Shown here: piece by piece, positions 20,195-20,342 of the stretch
Position numbering within the stretch: position 1 is the first letter of the stretch
Layout: the number at the start of each line of letters is the position of its first letter
Assembly: GCF_006345805.1 (NCBI RefSeq)
Contig: NW_021824007.1
Location: forward strand, 1 to 20,342
Direction of reading: 5' to 3'
DNA from: Octopus sinensis
Taxonomy: Eukaryota
DNA length: 20,342 nt
The notes under the pieces: generated by a model
Databases searched by the model: none
Told to the model about the DNA's origin: nothing
The model's input: the letters and a program-made list of their open reading frames with translations, nothing else
Made by a program: the position numbers and the translations under genes

Positions 20195-20342
20195 GTAAGG
20201 GACTAATGGATGACTTAATTCTTAATGTGCGCGAGCCACTTGTATGCATGAATTGGTGGATGGATGGATGGATGGATGTTGTTGTGTTTACGTACGTATC
20301 ACAAATATGTCTGTGTGTTTATGAATGTGTGTGTCTGCGGTG

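Overview
AT-rich, repeat-dominated eukaryotic non-coding DNA (intronic or intergenic). The microsatellite load and SINE families suggest an octopus or other coleoid cephalopod; this is recognition from memory, not a search result. No intact host gene is supported, and most long ORFs in the track are translated microsatellites. The window holds long (GAA)n, (ATT)n, (TA)n, (TATG)n and (CT)n/(GA)n tracts; about 14 copies or clusters of tRNA-derived SINEs from at least three families; four decayed R4/Dong-like (RLE) LINE pieces abutting (ATT)n tracts; a Penelope-like GIY-YIG fragment; an L1/Tx1 APE-endonuclease fragment; a mariner transposase remnant; and MITEs. The most notable structures are a near-perfect 255-bp hairpin (3732-3986), a perfect 54-bp locally templated insertion (8871-8924 copied to 9734-9787), SINE multimers with a recurring junction, a tail-to-tail inverted SINE pair, a perfect RFX X-box, and a few candidate promoter or exon islands. 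I see no convincing evidence of a novel multi-gene system. Ends of decayed elements are approximate.
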